Assembly (NCBI GenBank): GCA_964016885.1
Contig: OZ024764.1
Coordinates: forward strand, 6,572,001 to 6,636,000
DNA length: 64,000 bases
Direction: 5' to 3'
Origin: Eledone cirrhosa
Lineage: Eukaryota
Within the stretch, counting starts at the first letter, position 1. Every line of letters starts with the position of its first letter. The translations under genes and the position numbers were made by a program. Shown here piece after piece: positions 40,240 to 55,120 of this stretch. The notes under the pieces are model-generated. The model made no database searches. It saw only the letters and a program-made list of their open reading frames with translations, and had not been told where the DNA came from.

Positions 40240-40930
40240 AATCAGAAAACATAGAAGATATTGTAGCTAAAGACCACAAAGAAGTGAAATGCCCTCTGAC
40301 TGGTTGTCTTTCTTGATTGCCACAGAAGATAATATATCTGTCAAGGAAATGGAGAAATCCAAATATAAAGATCTAGAGATAGAAATAACCAGAATGTCGA
40401 AGATCAAAACTAACCCCTATAATAATAATGATAATAATAGTTTCTTTATTATAATGAAAATAATAAATAGAAATATGTGGAAAATGAAAACAGAAACAAT
40501 ACCTGTAATAATAGGTGCTCTAGGAATGATAAAAACACAGACAGGTACATAGCCAAAATCCCAGGACTTAGAAATATATATAACATACAAAAGATAGCAC
40601 TACTAGGTACTGTATATATATTATATAGAGTACCACAGGACTTACAAATATATACAACATACAGAAGATAGCACTACTAGGTACTGTATATATATTATAT
40701 AGAGTACCACAGGACTTACAAATATATACAACATACAGAAGATAGCACTACTAGGTACTGTATATATATTATATAGAGTACCACAGGACTTACAAATATA
40801 TACAACATACAGAAGATAGCACTACTAGGTACTGTATATATATCAATACAATAGAAACATCATCAACATAAACTACACTCCACATAGCCAAGGTACAGAG
40901 CTGTGCTCGTTAAAGCAGTAATGATGTGCA
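40240..40930 (+). pseudogene. 3' fragment of a restriction-like-endonuclease (R4/Dong-like) non-LTR retrotransposon with an internal 74-bp tandem amplification
   Basis: IATEDNISVKEMEKSKYKDLEIEITRM..WKMKTETIPVIIGALGMIK..YIAKIPGLRNIYNIQKIALLGT, flanked by (AAT)n. Confidence 0.78.
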
Positions 40931-40959
40931 ATAAAAATAATAATGGAAATAATAATAAT

Positions 40960-41215
40960 AAAGGATTTGGGACTCTCATGAGATCAAGGTCGTCCTGATT
41001 GTCATAGAAGCACTAGGTACTATCTTGAGTTTTCAAGGATAGTTAAAGAGCATAAGTCAAGTCCCCTTTTTTGGAACACTTCAAAAGGCATGTTTGCTGG
41101 TAACAGCAACAACCCTCTGATACGTCCTGAATATCTGAGACTGCAGATAGCTGCTTGATGTCTATTTGAGCAAACTTTCCAGTTAAATAACATCAATGAC
41201 TAAGACTCCAAGAAT
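40960..41215 (+). pseudogene. Second, distinct R4/Dong-like 3' end
   Basis: IWDSHEIKVVLIVIEALGTI...TLQKACLLVTATTL*YVLNI* between (AAT)n tracts. Confidence 0.6.
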
Positions 41216-41268
41216 AATAATAATAATAAAACAGCCAGACAGATACATAAGCAAAATACCAGGACTTG

Positions 41269-41320
<52 letters not shown>

Positions 41321-41720
41321 AAATCTCACTATTATACACTGCACACATATATTATGAAGAATAGTCTATATGGTAACTTCAACAATCTGACACTGCGTCT
41401 GGCCAACTCGCACAGAACTATGCTCAGTAATACAAAGACAGTGCAATGATGATGATATAATAGTAATAATAATGATGATTGAAGTGGGGGAGGGCTTTCA
41501 AAAATTTCTTAACAGCTATTTTTTTATGCTTTCGTAATTGAATTTCTCATTAACAGCTTTTTAATTATTAATTTTTTCAAGCAAACAAATTTTTTCTCTG
41601 TTTCTGTACATTTCCTCCTCTTCTTCTTCTTAAATTATTGAAACTGCTTCTTGATGTGAAAACAACAACAACAATGTTTAATAAAAGTACATAAACATAT
41701 ATATATATATATGTACATAT

Positions 41721-41753
<33 letters not shown>

Positions 41754-41835
41754 TATGTATATACACACATACATCTGCTGTGAAGAATCCAGTCAGCTCA
41801 TATATACTTCCGTTCCCACCGCAACCATACACCGG

Positions 41836-41867
41836 TTGAAAATCCCACCGGTGAAACACGTGTCTTT
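41836..41867 (+). ncRNA. 5'-truncated hammerhead-like motif, U3:A8 core
   Basis: TTGAAAA-tcc-cacc-ggt-GAAA-cacgtg-TC-ttt. Stem I is weak. Confidence 0.45.
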
Positions 41868-42140
41868 GAATATGGATTGCTAATTTATTATGGAACTAAT
41901 TCTGCAACTATATATATATGTCTGTATATTATAAACAGCCATATAAATCAAATTTGGTACGGTTTTGGACTAAGTTGGCCTCAGGCACACAACTTTGTAT
42001 GTAAACAATTTATGTGCCAACAACAGCTCAACCTATGAAACTACTAGTACTTTGATCTTGGACTAACCACATTGTATGTATATACATATATATCATCATC
42101 ATCATCATCATTTAACGTCTATCTTCCATGCTAGCATGGG

Positions 42141-42179
<39 letters not shown>

Positions 42180-42288
42180 CATATAAGCGCCTGAAGGTAG
42201 GACACCATTTTGACCCCTCTTCGGGAGCTGTGGTCAAAATTGGGCGTTGAAACACTGGGTACCACTTTTGTTCCATGAATGAACATAA

Positions 42289-42321
<33 letters not shown>

Positions 42322-42655
42322 CATATATGTATATATGTCTATATATATGTGTCTATGTCTATATGTCTATATCAAGAATCTACAATCAGAAATAATTTTA
42401 ATATTTTCACATTATTGTTGTGACAGTTTAATTAATTTTTGTATAAATTCTCATAATTAGTTATTAATCATTATTATTATTATTATCATCATCATCATCA
42501 TCATCATCATTATCATCATTATTATTATTATTATTATTATTATAGCCCAGATTCTTGCCTTTTGTATCTCAATGTCCCTAAAAACTATGGAAAAGTCTAC
42601 TGTCTATTTTGATATATATATATGTATGCATGTATGTATAGATATATACATATAC

Positions 42656-42717
<62 letters not shown>

Positions 42718-42833
42718 GTATATATATATATACATATATATATGTATATATATATATATTTATATATATATAAATGTATATGTATGTATATATATTTATA
42801 TATATATATATATATATATACATGTAACTGTAT

Positions 42834-42867
<34 letters not shown>

Positions 42868-43024
42868 GCATACACTTACACACTTACACACACATACACA
42901 TATCTGAAAACTTTTTCTTCAAAAATTTATTTGTGTTTTCTCTGTTGTTTTACAAACCATTATCATCATCATCATCATAGTCAGATAAGGCATCGTGTTT
43001 GCAGAAAAGAGCAAAAGACCTCCT

Positions 43025-43061
<37 letters not shown>

Positions 43062-43972
43062 ACCACAATCCCCTTTAAACTGTTTAGGTGTGTCCCAGTT
43101 ACTATTCCTGCCAGGGATCAGGTGGGAGGGTGGGGCTTAGATATCGTCCTCTCTCTCTCTCTCTCTCTCTCAACCTCACATTTGTTGGGTGAGGGTGAGG
43201 GCACATTGTAGTAGTAGTAGTAGTAGTAGTAATGAACTTCCTCCCCTTGCCCTAGCTAATTACTGGTATTCACTGATCCGCCGCTTCCTTCCCATTAACT
43301 CCACCTCCTCTTCTTTGAGGTGGGGCCGGGGGAGCGTTTGCAGGGCGACATTGGACCTGAACTATAGCTACACAGATGAGTTACAAATTATGCTGTCGTG
43401 TGGGCGGAGCTGTCGCGTGGGCGGACCAGTAACCCTTTGGTATGTTGTTATCATCTTTGTCTTCTTAACCTTCTGGAGGCTGATTTTTTATGGATTGCCT
43501 CCCTTGATACAGTGTTATGTATTGAGGGGGAGGTTATTTTATCGGTGCATTTAGTCACCAGCGGCACCAAGAGGTAGAATGCCTCATCTTGTCGCAGACA
43601 GGGCCTACCCCCAAATTCTATATGGGTGTGTGTATATATATATAAATATAAAGGAATGTATAAACCAGACCGCGAGACCTAGTGGTTTTGGTTTGTATTT
43701 GGCAAGCCTTTTCAAGGGTGTACTCATTTTTGTTCTCCCTGGTCTTGATGCCACAAACTATATATATGTGTGTATATATTATACTCTGCTTTGGTTTTCC
43801 ATAGTGTTGCAAGTCCAAACCTACAAAGACATGCCACTGGAATAGGCCATGGGGTTCTGGACAAACCTGACCGGTGTGGCGTCACTTAATAGGCTTTTCC
43901 AAGTGGTGCTATTAAGTTAGACACGGCCTGGGCTAATGTTGGCCAAAGCTTTTTAAAGTTATCCTCTTAGTC

Positions 43973-43996
<24 letters not shown>

Positions 43997-44003
<7 letters not shown>

Positions 44004-44212
44004 AAATTGAGGTTGGTAATGGCACATGGAATATATAAGAGACAGAATACTTTTTTGTGAAAAAACATAATTTTATAAGGTAAGGAAATAATAAAGGGTA
44101 TATTTTTTATACCCTTTATTATTTCCTTACCTTATAAAATTATGTTTTTTCACAAAAAAGTATTCTGTCTCTTATATATTCCATGTGCCATTACCAACCT
44201 CAATTTTCTCTA
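43997..44212. repeat. Essentially perfect fold-back with arms of about 105 bp; no HHR visible
   Basis: agagaaaattgaggttgg...gggtata-ttttt-tataccc...ccaacctcaattttctct. Confidence 0.9.
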
Positions 44213-44392
44213 TAACCTTCGTTTTGTGTAGAAAATTACACTTTTCATATATATATATATATATATATATATTTGAAAAAAAGGAAAAGAATGACTTCGC
44301 TTGTAGTGTTAAAAAATTATTGATTTAATTTTATAATATAAAATTAAATCACATATTTTCCAATATATATATATGTATATATATATTTAGAC

Positions 44393-44431
44393 TGAGCTGA
44401 GGATCCGAATAAGGGGAAACATTTGTTCTCG
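44393..44431 (+). ncRNA. Hammerhead (family C solo copy)
   Basis: tgag-CTGAGGA-tcc-gaataa-ggg-GAAA-catttg-TT-ctcg, followed by the same 3' flank as 4706-4740. Confidence 0.7.
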
Positions 44432-44481
44432 GTATGGTGAACTAACTGTTGTGGAACTACTTCTCTCTATATATATATATA

Positions 44482-44536
<55 letters not shown>

Positions 44537-44621
44537 ATATGCACCTACACACACATACAAACTTATATATATAGTTATATAAGCACATTGTATAAACACA
44601 ACAGATATACATACATGTTAC

Positions 44622-44652
<31 letters not shown>

Positions 44653-44662
44653 CACACATATA

Positions 44663-44730
<68 letters not shown>

Positions 44731-44847
44731 AATCAGGATGGAACCAGTTTGAAACTGGTTAAACCATTACTCAACAGAGTACTCAATACTTGGGGTAGCT
44801 TTTGAAACTGCTAAGCCTCAACTGTCATGCCCCAGCTCCTTATGATA

Positions 44848-44882
<35 letters not shown>

Positions 44883-44947
44883 CATCATCATCATCATCAT
44901 CATCATCGTTTAACGTCCATCTTCCACGCTTGCATGGGTTTGGACGG

Positions 44948-44981
<34 letters not shown>

Positions 44982-45068
44982 ATATATATGTGTGTGTGTT
45001 TCATTGTCCTTACCCTGGAGGCCTCAAAATAATTAAACAGCATATGAATACATATTCATATATGTATA

Positions 45069-45101
<33 letters not shown>

Positions 45102-45250
45102 TTACTCTGGAGGCCTCAAAATAATTAAACAGCATATGTATGTATGTGTGTGTATATATGTATATATATATATATATATTTACCCTGGAGGCCTCAAAAT
45201 AATTAAACAGCATATGCATACATATTCATATATGTATATATGTGTGTGTA

Positions 45251-45295
<45 letters not shown>

Positions 45296-45599
45296 CACAA
45301 CTGGCCCCACTCTAAAATATAGCAAAACAAATTAAGTCTGAGAAAAGTTCCATAAAATTCAAAAGACCCCCCCCTGGACAAATTCCTCCAAGAAATTCCG
45401 GATATCCCCCTCCCCCCCTTACACCTGGATATATCTCTACAAACAACAGCTCTTTACTAGAATAGACCCTCGTGTCGGAAACCTGGCTGACGGGTGTGGT
45501 ATGAGATGATCGTCTTTGCCAGTCGGTGCTATGAAATTAGACGAAAAAAAACATTGCAGGCCTTGGGCCTATATTAGAAACCATTATTATAAAAAGAAA

Positions 45600-46425
45600 A
45601 TGGCTGTGGGTTGGCCGTAATCACTTGAGTGCCGGGCAACATGCTTTGCGGCATCGAGTTACGGCCCTTTGCATTCTAAGTTCAAATTCTGCTGAGCTTA
45701 GCTTTGCCCTTCATCCAAATATCACTTGAGTGCCGGGCAACATGCTTTGCGGCATCGAGTTACGGCCCTTTGCATTCTAAGTTCAAATTCTGCTGAGCTT
45801 AGCTTTGCCCTTCATCCAAATATCACCTGAGAGCCGGGCAACATGCTTTGCGGCATCGAGTTACGGCCCTTTGCATTCTAAGTTCAAATTCTGCTGAGCT
45901 TAGCTTTGCCCTTCATCCAAATATCACTTGAGTGCCGGGCAACATGCTTTGCGGCATCGAGTTACGGCCCTTTGCATTCTAAGTTCAAATTCTGCTGAGC
46001 TTAGCTTTGCCCTTCATCCAAATATCACCTGAGAGCCGGGCAACATGCTTTGCGGCATCGAGTTACGGCCCTTTGCATTCTAAGTTCAAATTCTGCTGAG
46101 CTTAGCTTTGCCCTTCATCCAAATATCACCTGAGAGCCGGGCAACATGCTTTGCGGCATCGAGTTACGGCCCTTTGCATTCTAAGTTCAAATTCTGCTGA
46201 GCTTAGCTTTGCCCTTCATCCAAATATCACTTGAGAGCCGGGCAACATGCTTTGCGGCATCGAGTTACGGCCCTTTACATTCTAAGTTCAAATTCTGCTG
46301 AGCTTAGCTTTGCCCTTCATCCAAATGGGGGGCAATAAAATAAAGTACCAGTAATGCATTGGGGTTGACTTAGTTGAATTTCCCGCCTTTCCTTTCAAAT
46401 TGCTGGCCTTGTCCGAACAGTAGAA
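45600..46425 (+). mobile_element. tRNA-SINE with a 101-bp 5' segment amplified 7 times
   Basis: atcac(t/c)tgag at 45721, 45822 and onward. The normal SINE tail resumes at about 46325. Confidence 0.88.
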
Positions 46426-46793
46426 ATCACTTTTTCTTATTGCTATCAATATCTCAGGCCTGGGGCATAGGAATGGGTCTCGCTGTGATGCTGTGTGTGT
46501 GTGTGTATGTATATATATATATATCTGTGTGTGTATGGTTGTATATATCTGTGTATGTATGGTTGTATATATATATCTGTGTGTATGTGTGTTTTTGTTA
46601 TATAAATATATCTTTCAAAGATTCACTATTTTTTTGCCTTCACTTTTACCTCAGTAAAATGCTTTTAATAATGTCCATATTATCAACTACAAACAATATA
46701 CACACATACATATATGCATATATATATATATATATATTTATTTATATATATATATATATACACGTTTATATATGTATTTGTATGTACTTATAT

Positions 46794-46851
<58 letters not shown>

Positions 46852-47477
46852 ATATACCACAAAAAATATACTAAATTCTATATATGAAGCCACAAATCTT
46901 GCCAAATATTTTATCTGCTCCTTCAAAACAGGTTTTTTTCCAATATTTTTTCCAATTTTTCTGCTTCCAAAATTCTCTAAAACAAAACAAGAAAAAAAAA
47001 AAATTTCAATAACGTCTAAAATTTTCCATAATGTCTAAAACTTTCCATAATGTCTAAAACTTTCCATAATGTCTAAACTTTTCCATGATGTCTAAAATTT
47101 TTTCCATGATGTCTATTAAGAAACCCGTTAAATTTTCTTTATCTCCATTTACCGATCTTGTTGTTTTGTTATGTATGTTGTTGTTGCTGTTGTAGATTTG
47201 CAGAGGCGGCAGAGCGTTGGACAAATGTTTTGGTGGCATTTGTCATCGTTATTGGCATCGTCAAGCCCCCACCCTACCCTTAATGTTCTGAGGTAAAAAA
47301 AAAACCCAAATCCCGTTAAGGTCAACTTTGCCTTTAAATCTTACCAGGCGGTCAATAAAACACCATTCAGACATTGGCTGTGGGCTGGGGTTGATATAAC
47401 AGATCCCCCCACCCACCCACCCACTTTCCCCAAATTGCTGGCCTTGTGCATAAATTAGGTATCATTATTATTATTAT

Positions 47478-47660
47478 TGGTGGATTGGCAGTATCGGTAG
47501 AGAGTCGGACGCCATGCTTTCCAGCATAGTTACGTCCCTTTACGATCTGAGTTCAAATCCCGCCGAGGTTGACTTTGCCTTTCATCCTTAAGGGGTCGAT
47601 AAAATAAAGTACCAGTAATGCACTGGGTAATTGCTGGCCTTCTGCCTAAAATAGAAACAA
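47478..47660 (+). mobile_element. tRNA-SINE copy (others at about 47200, 49945, 50370, 50537, 56140, 57630, 57867)
   Basis: Family match. Confidence 0.82.
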
Positions 47661-47746
47661 TTATTATTATTATTGTTAAGAGGTAGCTACATCGCCAAAA
47701 TCCCATGACACACACATACAGACATACACACACACACACACACATA

Positions 47747-47895
47747 TATTTATTTATTATAAGTACAGATTTAAGATTAAGCAAAGAATTGCTGCTTTCA
47801 CCCTTAACAGGATCTTCTGAAACTCAGAAGATCCCGTTAAGGGTGAAAGCAGCAATTCTTTGCTTAAACTTTAATCTGTTCTTATAATAAATATT
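47747..47895. mobile_element. Fold-back element (family E) with a CAGAAGA hammerhead-like motif in both arms
   Basis: Inverted about 47822. Same family as 6113 and 53238. Confidence 0.75.
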
Positions 47896-48000
47896 TGCTC
47901 TATGGGTTTATGTGTATATATATATTTATATATATTTATATATTCCTTATCAAGCCCTCTTCGGGTTTTAGTCTTCAGATTTATTATTACTATTATCTTT

Positions 48001-48044
<44 letters not shown>

Positions 48045-48233
48045 TCTGTATCTCCTGTAACTTTACCAAAATCGATAGTTTGTGATCAACGATCGATTTA
48101 TGTTATGGTTTACAAACCCTGAAATGGAACCATAAGGAAAGATGAACTTTTCCACCTTAAAGAACGTATTTTTTTTTCCTGAATATTCTGTACTTTATAT
48201 ATGTACAAATTACTGTGTTTCTGAAAGATAGAT

Positions 48234-48309
<76 letters not shown>

Positions 48310-48314
48310 CTCTC

Positions 48315-48472
<158 letters not shown>

Positions 48473-48485
48473 TATATATATATAT

Positions 48486-48552
<67 letters not shown>

Positions 48553-48563
48553 CATATATATAC

Positions 48564-48672
<109 letters not shown>

Positions 48673-51236
48673 ACAGAAAATATCGCTACTAGATATATAT
48701 TACATAGAATACAGTCTATGCAATAGAAATAACAACACTGCGTCTACCCAAGGAGCACCGAGCTGTGCTCAGTGTTGCAGTGACTGTGTGTAATGAAAAT
48801 AACAACAATAATTTAATTTCTATGTTTTCTGCTGCTTTCTTGAGGGCGGGGGGGGGGGGGGGGGGGGGTAAAGGTTTAGGGATGCTGATGAAGTATAAAA
48901 CTTCTTTACACTTTACCTTTACTCCACGCCTTGGTGTATAGATGTCTCAATGTGTGGGATGGACGGACAGACAGGCAGACAGGGAGAGGAAGGGGGAGAG
49001 AGCGGAGAAGATGCGGAAGAGGTGGTCACTTTGACTGGCACAGCAATAAACACTAACGTATTTGTTCTGTATAAATGTATATGTATATACTTTACCTACT
49101 ATATCAAGCGTTAAACTAATGTATTTCTTCATTGTACTGTCATTTGCTTTATTATTTCTGTTTGCCTTTTGCATATATGTATATACAGACACATATATAT
49201 ATATATACATGTATATATATGTATTTATACATATATAATGTATATAATGTATGTATCTATCTATGTATGTATATATATATGTGCGTGTGTGTGTGTGTGT
49301 GAGGAGGAGAGAAAGAAACTCAAAATGGGAAGAGACAATGAAGAAACAAATGTACTTCTAAAATCTCAAACTCAACTAAAAAAAAGTGATAGATAACAGA
49401 TTAATAGATCAATATATGGTCATTATTTGCCAATATTTCTTGCCATGAATTCTCTCTCGATTTACAACCATCCTCTCACCCCACCCCTGTCTCTATATAT
49501 ATTAACCCTCCCCCTCCTCCGTTAAATGTTTCCATTTTCCCTCCTTTAAAAGAACCCAAAACAATATAGAATTATATTTTTCTTCTGCCTTACTCTCAGT
49601 ATTAGAACATATAATGATGGTGATGATGATAATGGTAGTGATGGTGGTTGTGGTGGGGTGGTGGTCTTTTATTTGTCACTAGGGCATCAAGCAAAGGCAA
49701 CATTTGGTATATATATATAAGCAAGTATTGCGTGAAAGGAGATTAGGAATTTATTCGGTTTAACATATGTTTCTCTGTTTATTATAATTGTCTCCATATG
49801 CTGACTACAATATATATTGTTCAATCATATACAATACTTAATTGTTTATCACACTTCATCAGAAAGCCTATAGTAGGGGAAGTCAACTATTCACTATGCA
49901 GTAGAATTCAGCAGTGGGATTTTATACATATATATATATATAAGATTGGCAGAGTCGTTAGAGCGTCAAATAGAATGGTCTGTGGTCTATTCTGGCTCTC
50001 TGCTCTCTGAGTTCAAGTCCTGCCAAGGTCAACTTTGCTTTCATTCTTTAGAGGTCGATATAAAAAAAGTACCAGTCTACTACTGGGGTCGATTCTTCCT
50101 CTATATCTCGTTCTCGTTTCCTCTCTCTCACTTTCTATCTCTCTCTGGAAGAAACCTGCTGTACTCAGCCCTGGGGAGGGATGGGCTCTGCCAGGCTTAA
50201 AATTCCCAAGAAACGGTGTATGTCAGTACAGCGCCCCTACGACTTTATCAGGGGTTATGGAAAGGTGTATGTCAGTACAGCGCCCCTACGACTTTATCAG
50301 GGGTTATGGGACCTTATCATACCATACCATACCATACATGTATATAAGATACACGTTAGGTATACATAGTTGTGAGTTCAAATCCCACTGGGTCAACTTT
50401 GCCCTGCAGACTTCCAGGCTCGACAAATAAAGGTACCCGTTACAAACTGGGGTTAATATAACTAACTCCACCTCCTTTACAGGACTTGTGCCTAAATCAG
50501 TAGATATGATTACTTGTTGTTGTTATTATTATTATCATTGGCAGTGCTGGTAGAACACTGGAGAACATGCTTTATGGCATAAAGTTACGTCCCTTTATGA
50601 TCTGAGTTCAAATTCCGCCGAGGTTAGCTTTGCCTTTCATCCTTACGGGGTCGATAAAATAAAATACCAGTAATGCACTGGGGTCATTTTCATCGACTTT
50701 TCCCTCCCCCCAAAATTGCTGGCCTTGTTCCTATATAAGAAACCATGATCTGAGTTCAAATTCCGCCGAGGTTGGCTTTGCCGTTCATCCTTACGGGCTC
50801 GATATAATAAAATACCAGTAATGCACTGGGGTCGATTTAATCGACTTTCTCCACCACCCCCTTCTCCAAATTGCTGGCCGTGTGCCCCCTACCAGGCACC
50901 ATTATTATTGTTAATTATAGATAGGGCATTGTTGTGGCTGGGCTTGCTAAAACATTCAACTGCAGATAAAAAATATATTACATTGCCCCTCTCCTGACCC
51001 TCTTTTGCCCCCACTGTGTTACCTTTGGAGAAGATGGGGTGAAGTGTGGGCCATTCTCCTTTACCTTAAACACCATACACATATTCACACACACACATAT
51101 ATATATATACTTATTCATATATATATATACACACACATACATATTCACACATACACATATATATATTTATATATTTATATATAGATATATACTTATTCAT
51201 ATATATATATATATATACACATATATACACACATAT

Positions 51237-51283
<47 letters not shown>

Positions 51284-51486
51284 TACACACATATACACAT
51301 ATATATATAGATATATACTTATTCATGTTTAAAAATATATACACACACATACACATATATATTTATATATGTATACTTATTCATATATATACATATATAT
51401 ATACACACACATATTTATAATCATACATATGTATGTACAGACATGTACACATATACACATGTGTGTGTATATATATATATATACAC

Positions 51487-51529
<43 letters not shown>

Positions 51530-51592
51530 CACGTGTGTATATATATATATATATACACACGTGTATATATATATATATATATATATAAACAC

Positions 51593-51635
<43 letters not shown>

Positions 51636-51817
51636 TACACACATTAGTCATGTGAGTGTGATAAGTATTCTAGTGATTTCTATCTGTCTCTTCACTAAAG
51701 GAACTTTGCAGTGGGGTGGGTGGGGGACCTGCTATGTTCCAGACGGGACCCTAACCCCTACCATGATGGGGTGGTGCAAATATTTTGTTTTGTTTTCAGT
51801 TATTTAAAAAAAAAAAA

Positions 51818-52336
51818 AAATTATAATAAAATTATAATAAAATTATAATAAAATTATAAAAAAAATTATTATAAAATTATAATAAAATTATAATAAAATT
51901 ATAAAAAAAATTATAATAAAATTATAAAAAAAATTATTATAAAATTATAATAAAATTATAATAAAATTATAATAAAATTATAAAAAAAATTATAATAAAA
52001 TGATAATAAAATTATAAAAAAAATTATAATAATATTATAATAAAATTATAATAAAATTATAAAAAAAATTATTATAAAATTATAATAAAATTATAATAAA
52101 ATTATAATAAAATTATAAAAAAAATTATAATAAAATTATAATAAAATGATAATAAAATTATAAAAAAAATTATAATAATATTATAATAAAATTATAATAA
52201 AATTATAAAAAAAATTATTATAAAATTATAATAAAATTATAATAAAATTATAATAAAATTATAAAAAAATTATAATAATATTATAATAAAATTATAATAA
52301 AATTATAAAAAAAATTATTATAAAATTATAATAAAA
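51818..52336. repeat. 11-bp AT satellite (attataataaa)n with variants
   Basis: Direct reading. Confidence 0.92.
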
Positions 52337-52974
52337 ATCCTTCGAGAATTTCTGGGTCTCAGATTCTATATTAAGGGGGTTGGGGTTGAGGGCTAAAAGC
52401 CCTGTACTGTAAATCCAACGTACCCTTCCACCACCACTACCCCACCTTCTAACATTTTTATTTTTATCATCTGGGGGTTAACCTCCTGTACCCTCCAAAC
52501 CTAACCTTTGCCCAAACAATCACCTTTGCATTGGTCAGCTCTATCTTATAGCTGACCCCATGTTTGTTGCCGTTTTTTTTAAACACTCATCCGTTGAGTA
52601 AGGGCTGGGTTTAACCCCTTATCTCTCTTGGCCTTTCATACCCTTCCACACCCTTCTCACACATATATAGTTATACATACACACATATACACACTCATAT
52701 ATATATATATATATATACAAACAGATACATATTTACATATATATATACAAACAGATACATATTTACATATATATACAAAATATATACACACACACACATA
52801 CATACAAGCCAAATCTTTAAAAAAATGATTTGTATTTTTTGTGTGTGTGTGTGTATATATATAACTGTGTTTGTATACTTGTGTATATATATATATATAT
52901 ATATGTGTTTGTATACTTGTATATATATATATGTGTGTGTGTGTAGCATCATAACCAACAAGTGATGAGAGAGT

Positions 52975-53011
<37 letters not shown>

Positions 53012-53468
53012 ATATATATATATAACCTGATTAGTTCTTTCGTTACTTTGGTATTGTGTGGTTGGGTTTTGCCTACGACAGTTTTCAATTTGTCAAGCTA
53101 TTTAAGGACCTACCCTTATTGAGTGCTTTGCTACTCATTCCTTATTGTAGGTCGACTTTGCTTGGTCACAGCCAAAGCTTCGATTTTACTAAGCTTCCAC
53201 TTGTATATATTGCAACTCAACTCGGGACCAGATTGATCAGAAGATCCCGTAAAGGGTGAAAGCAGAAATTATTTGCTTAAATTTTAATCTGTAATAATGT
53301 GTGTGTGTATATGGCCACATTCTTACATGGTTAGTACTAATTATTGATCACCACCCTGCCGTATGCCTTGTTAGGTGGGTGACCCCCATTTATTATTAAC
53401 TTTTTAGACAATCAAAAAGAAAAACTTTCTTCTACTCCATCAATAGCAGCTATAGATATGTGTGTGTG

Positions 53469-53510
<42 letters not shown>

Positions 53511-53566
53511 TATATATATCAAATAATGATAGTTAAGACAAGGTTAAATCACCATAATTGTTTATT

Positions 53567-53617
53567 GCATTATATATATTTCTGTTACATGGTTATTCAT
53601 GTGACTTCATCAGATGC
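53567..53617 (-). ncRNA. Type-I hammerhead ribozyme (solo)
   Basis: The - strand reads gcat-CTGATGA-a-gtcacatg-aataac-catgtaac-a-GAAA-tatata-TA-atgc. Confidence 0.75.
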
Positions 53618-53762
53618 TTACGCAATCATTGGTGTAGTTATTCAATCATTAAGATATGCCGGTGGCCGTGCACATCCATCCAGTGGTGAAGTGGTTCGGC
53701 ATATGGACCTGTCTATCATCAGGAAGTTACAGTGTAACAACTAAGATAAACAACACTCTGGT

Positions 53763-53803
<41 letters not shown>

Positions 53804-54767
53804 GTGTATATGTGTATATATATATATACATATACACACAAATATATATATATATATATATATATTTGTGTGTATATGTATATATATGGAATCAATTAAA
53901 AAAGGTGGGTGTAGACTATGGAAAAATGGACAAAACACAGAGCAGTCCATCCTCATCAGCTAATCAATGGAGGTTGTTGTGGTTTCTGTACATTAAGGTC
54001 GGAACCATAAGGACCTCTAGAAGGGATTGGCCTCTGTTTTTCTGTTGTTTTCACCCAACATTTATTTTTAAAGTAGCAAAAAAATTTTCAAATTGATTCA
54101 TATATATATATTTATACATAATATACATTATATATATATATATATACATTATATATATATATATATATATATATAATGAATAAGACCCATCCCACGCTTC
54201 CTTGCAAGCAGGCAAAAGCGGACGTAAAATGAAGAAGATGATGATATATATAATATATATATATATTTTTTTTTATTATATACATTATATATTGTATATA
54301 ATGCATGTATGTATAATTTCCACATTGTGTGGGGGCTGCTAATTTGTGAGAAGGGAGAGGTTAGGAGTAAAGGAGCGCTCATCAATCAAACCATTGTTGT
54401 CTATATAGCGACAGTGGAGGAAGAATTGGGGGTGGGTGCACAGCAGCACGGGGCCCATGGTCAAGTCCCTGATGATTTGAAAGGTGTGGGGTACCCTTCT
54501 GGCCCTTAAATGTATCACCCCCACCCACATGTTATTCTAACAAAAATACATAGATGAAATAAAACTGACAGGGCCTTAATTAGTATGGGGAGTGGCCGTA
54601 GGGTTCGGAGTATTGAGCCTTGTGAATAATACAGCATTGCATCGCTTACCTTTCTTAAACATCGTTTCTCTTCTGGTCTGCCCTTCCTAACACCATCCAC
54701 ATTTACAGAGTGTACTGGGTGTATTCTATGGTGGCACCTGTACAAGAAATGTTGTCATTGCCTTTAA

Positions 54768-55120
54768 CCCTTTAACATATACATTACTCTATATATACTA
54801 TTGTATTTTCACAGTAAAGGCTTTACCTCACATAATATCTCACATAACATTTACATTACTCTATATATACTATTGTATTTTCACAGTAAAGGCTTTACCT
54901 CACATAATATCTCACATAACATTTACATTACTCTATATATACTATTGTATTTTCACAGAAAAGGCTTTACCTCACATAATGTCGAATCTATGAGATTTTG
55001 ATCTTGTTTATTTCCAGAATAATACCTTAACATCAGTATGAATGGCTAATTACAGCCAGTTTGAACAGAAAGATGTGAGATAGTTCTGGCCAGTTATGGC
55101 TACTTTTAAATGCTACAGGG
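54768..55120. mobile_element. piggyBac-like MITE (family 1) with internal tandem triplication
   Basis: ttaa-CCCTTT...AGGG-ttaa. The segment acattactctatatatactattgtattttcacag...ctcacataa occurs three times. Confidence 0.8.

Noticed and set aside
48885-48910. Isolated CTGATGA/CTGAAGA/CTGACGA hits (also at 5783, 47972-, 49856-, 54469)
   Set aside because: Each lacks stem II, GAAA or stem I, as expected by chance.
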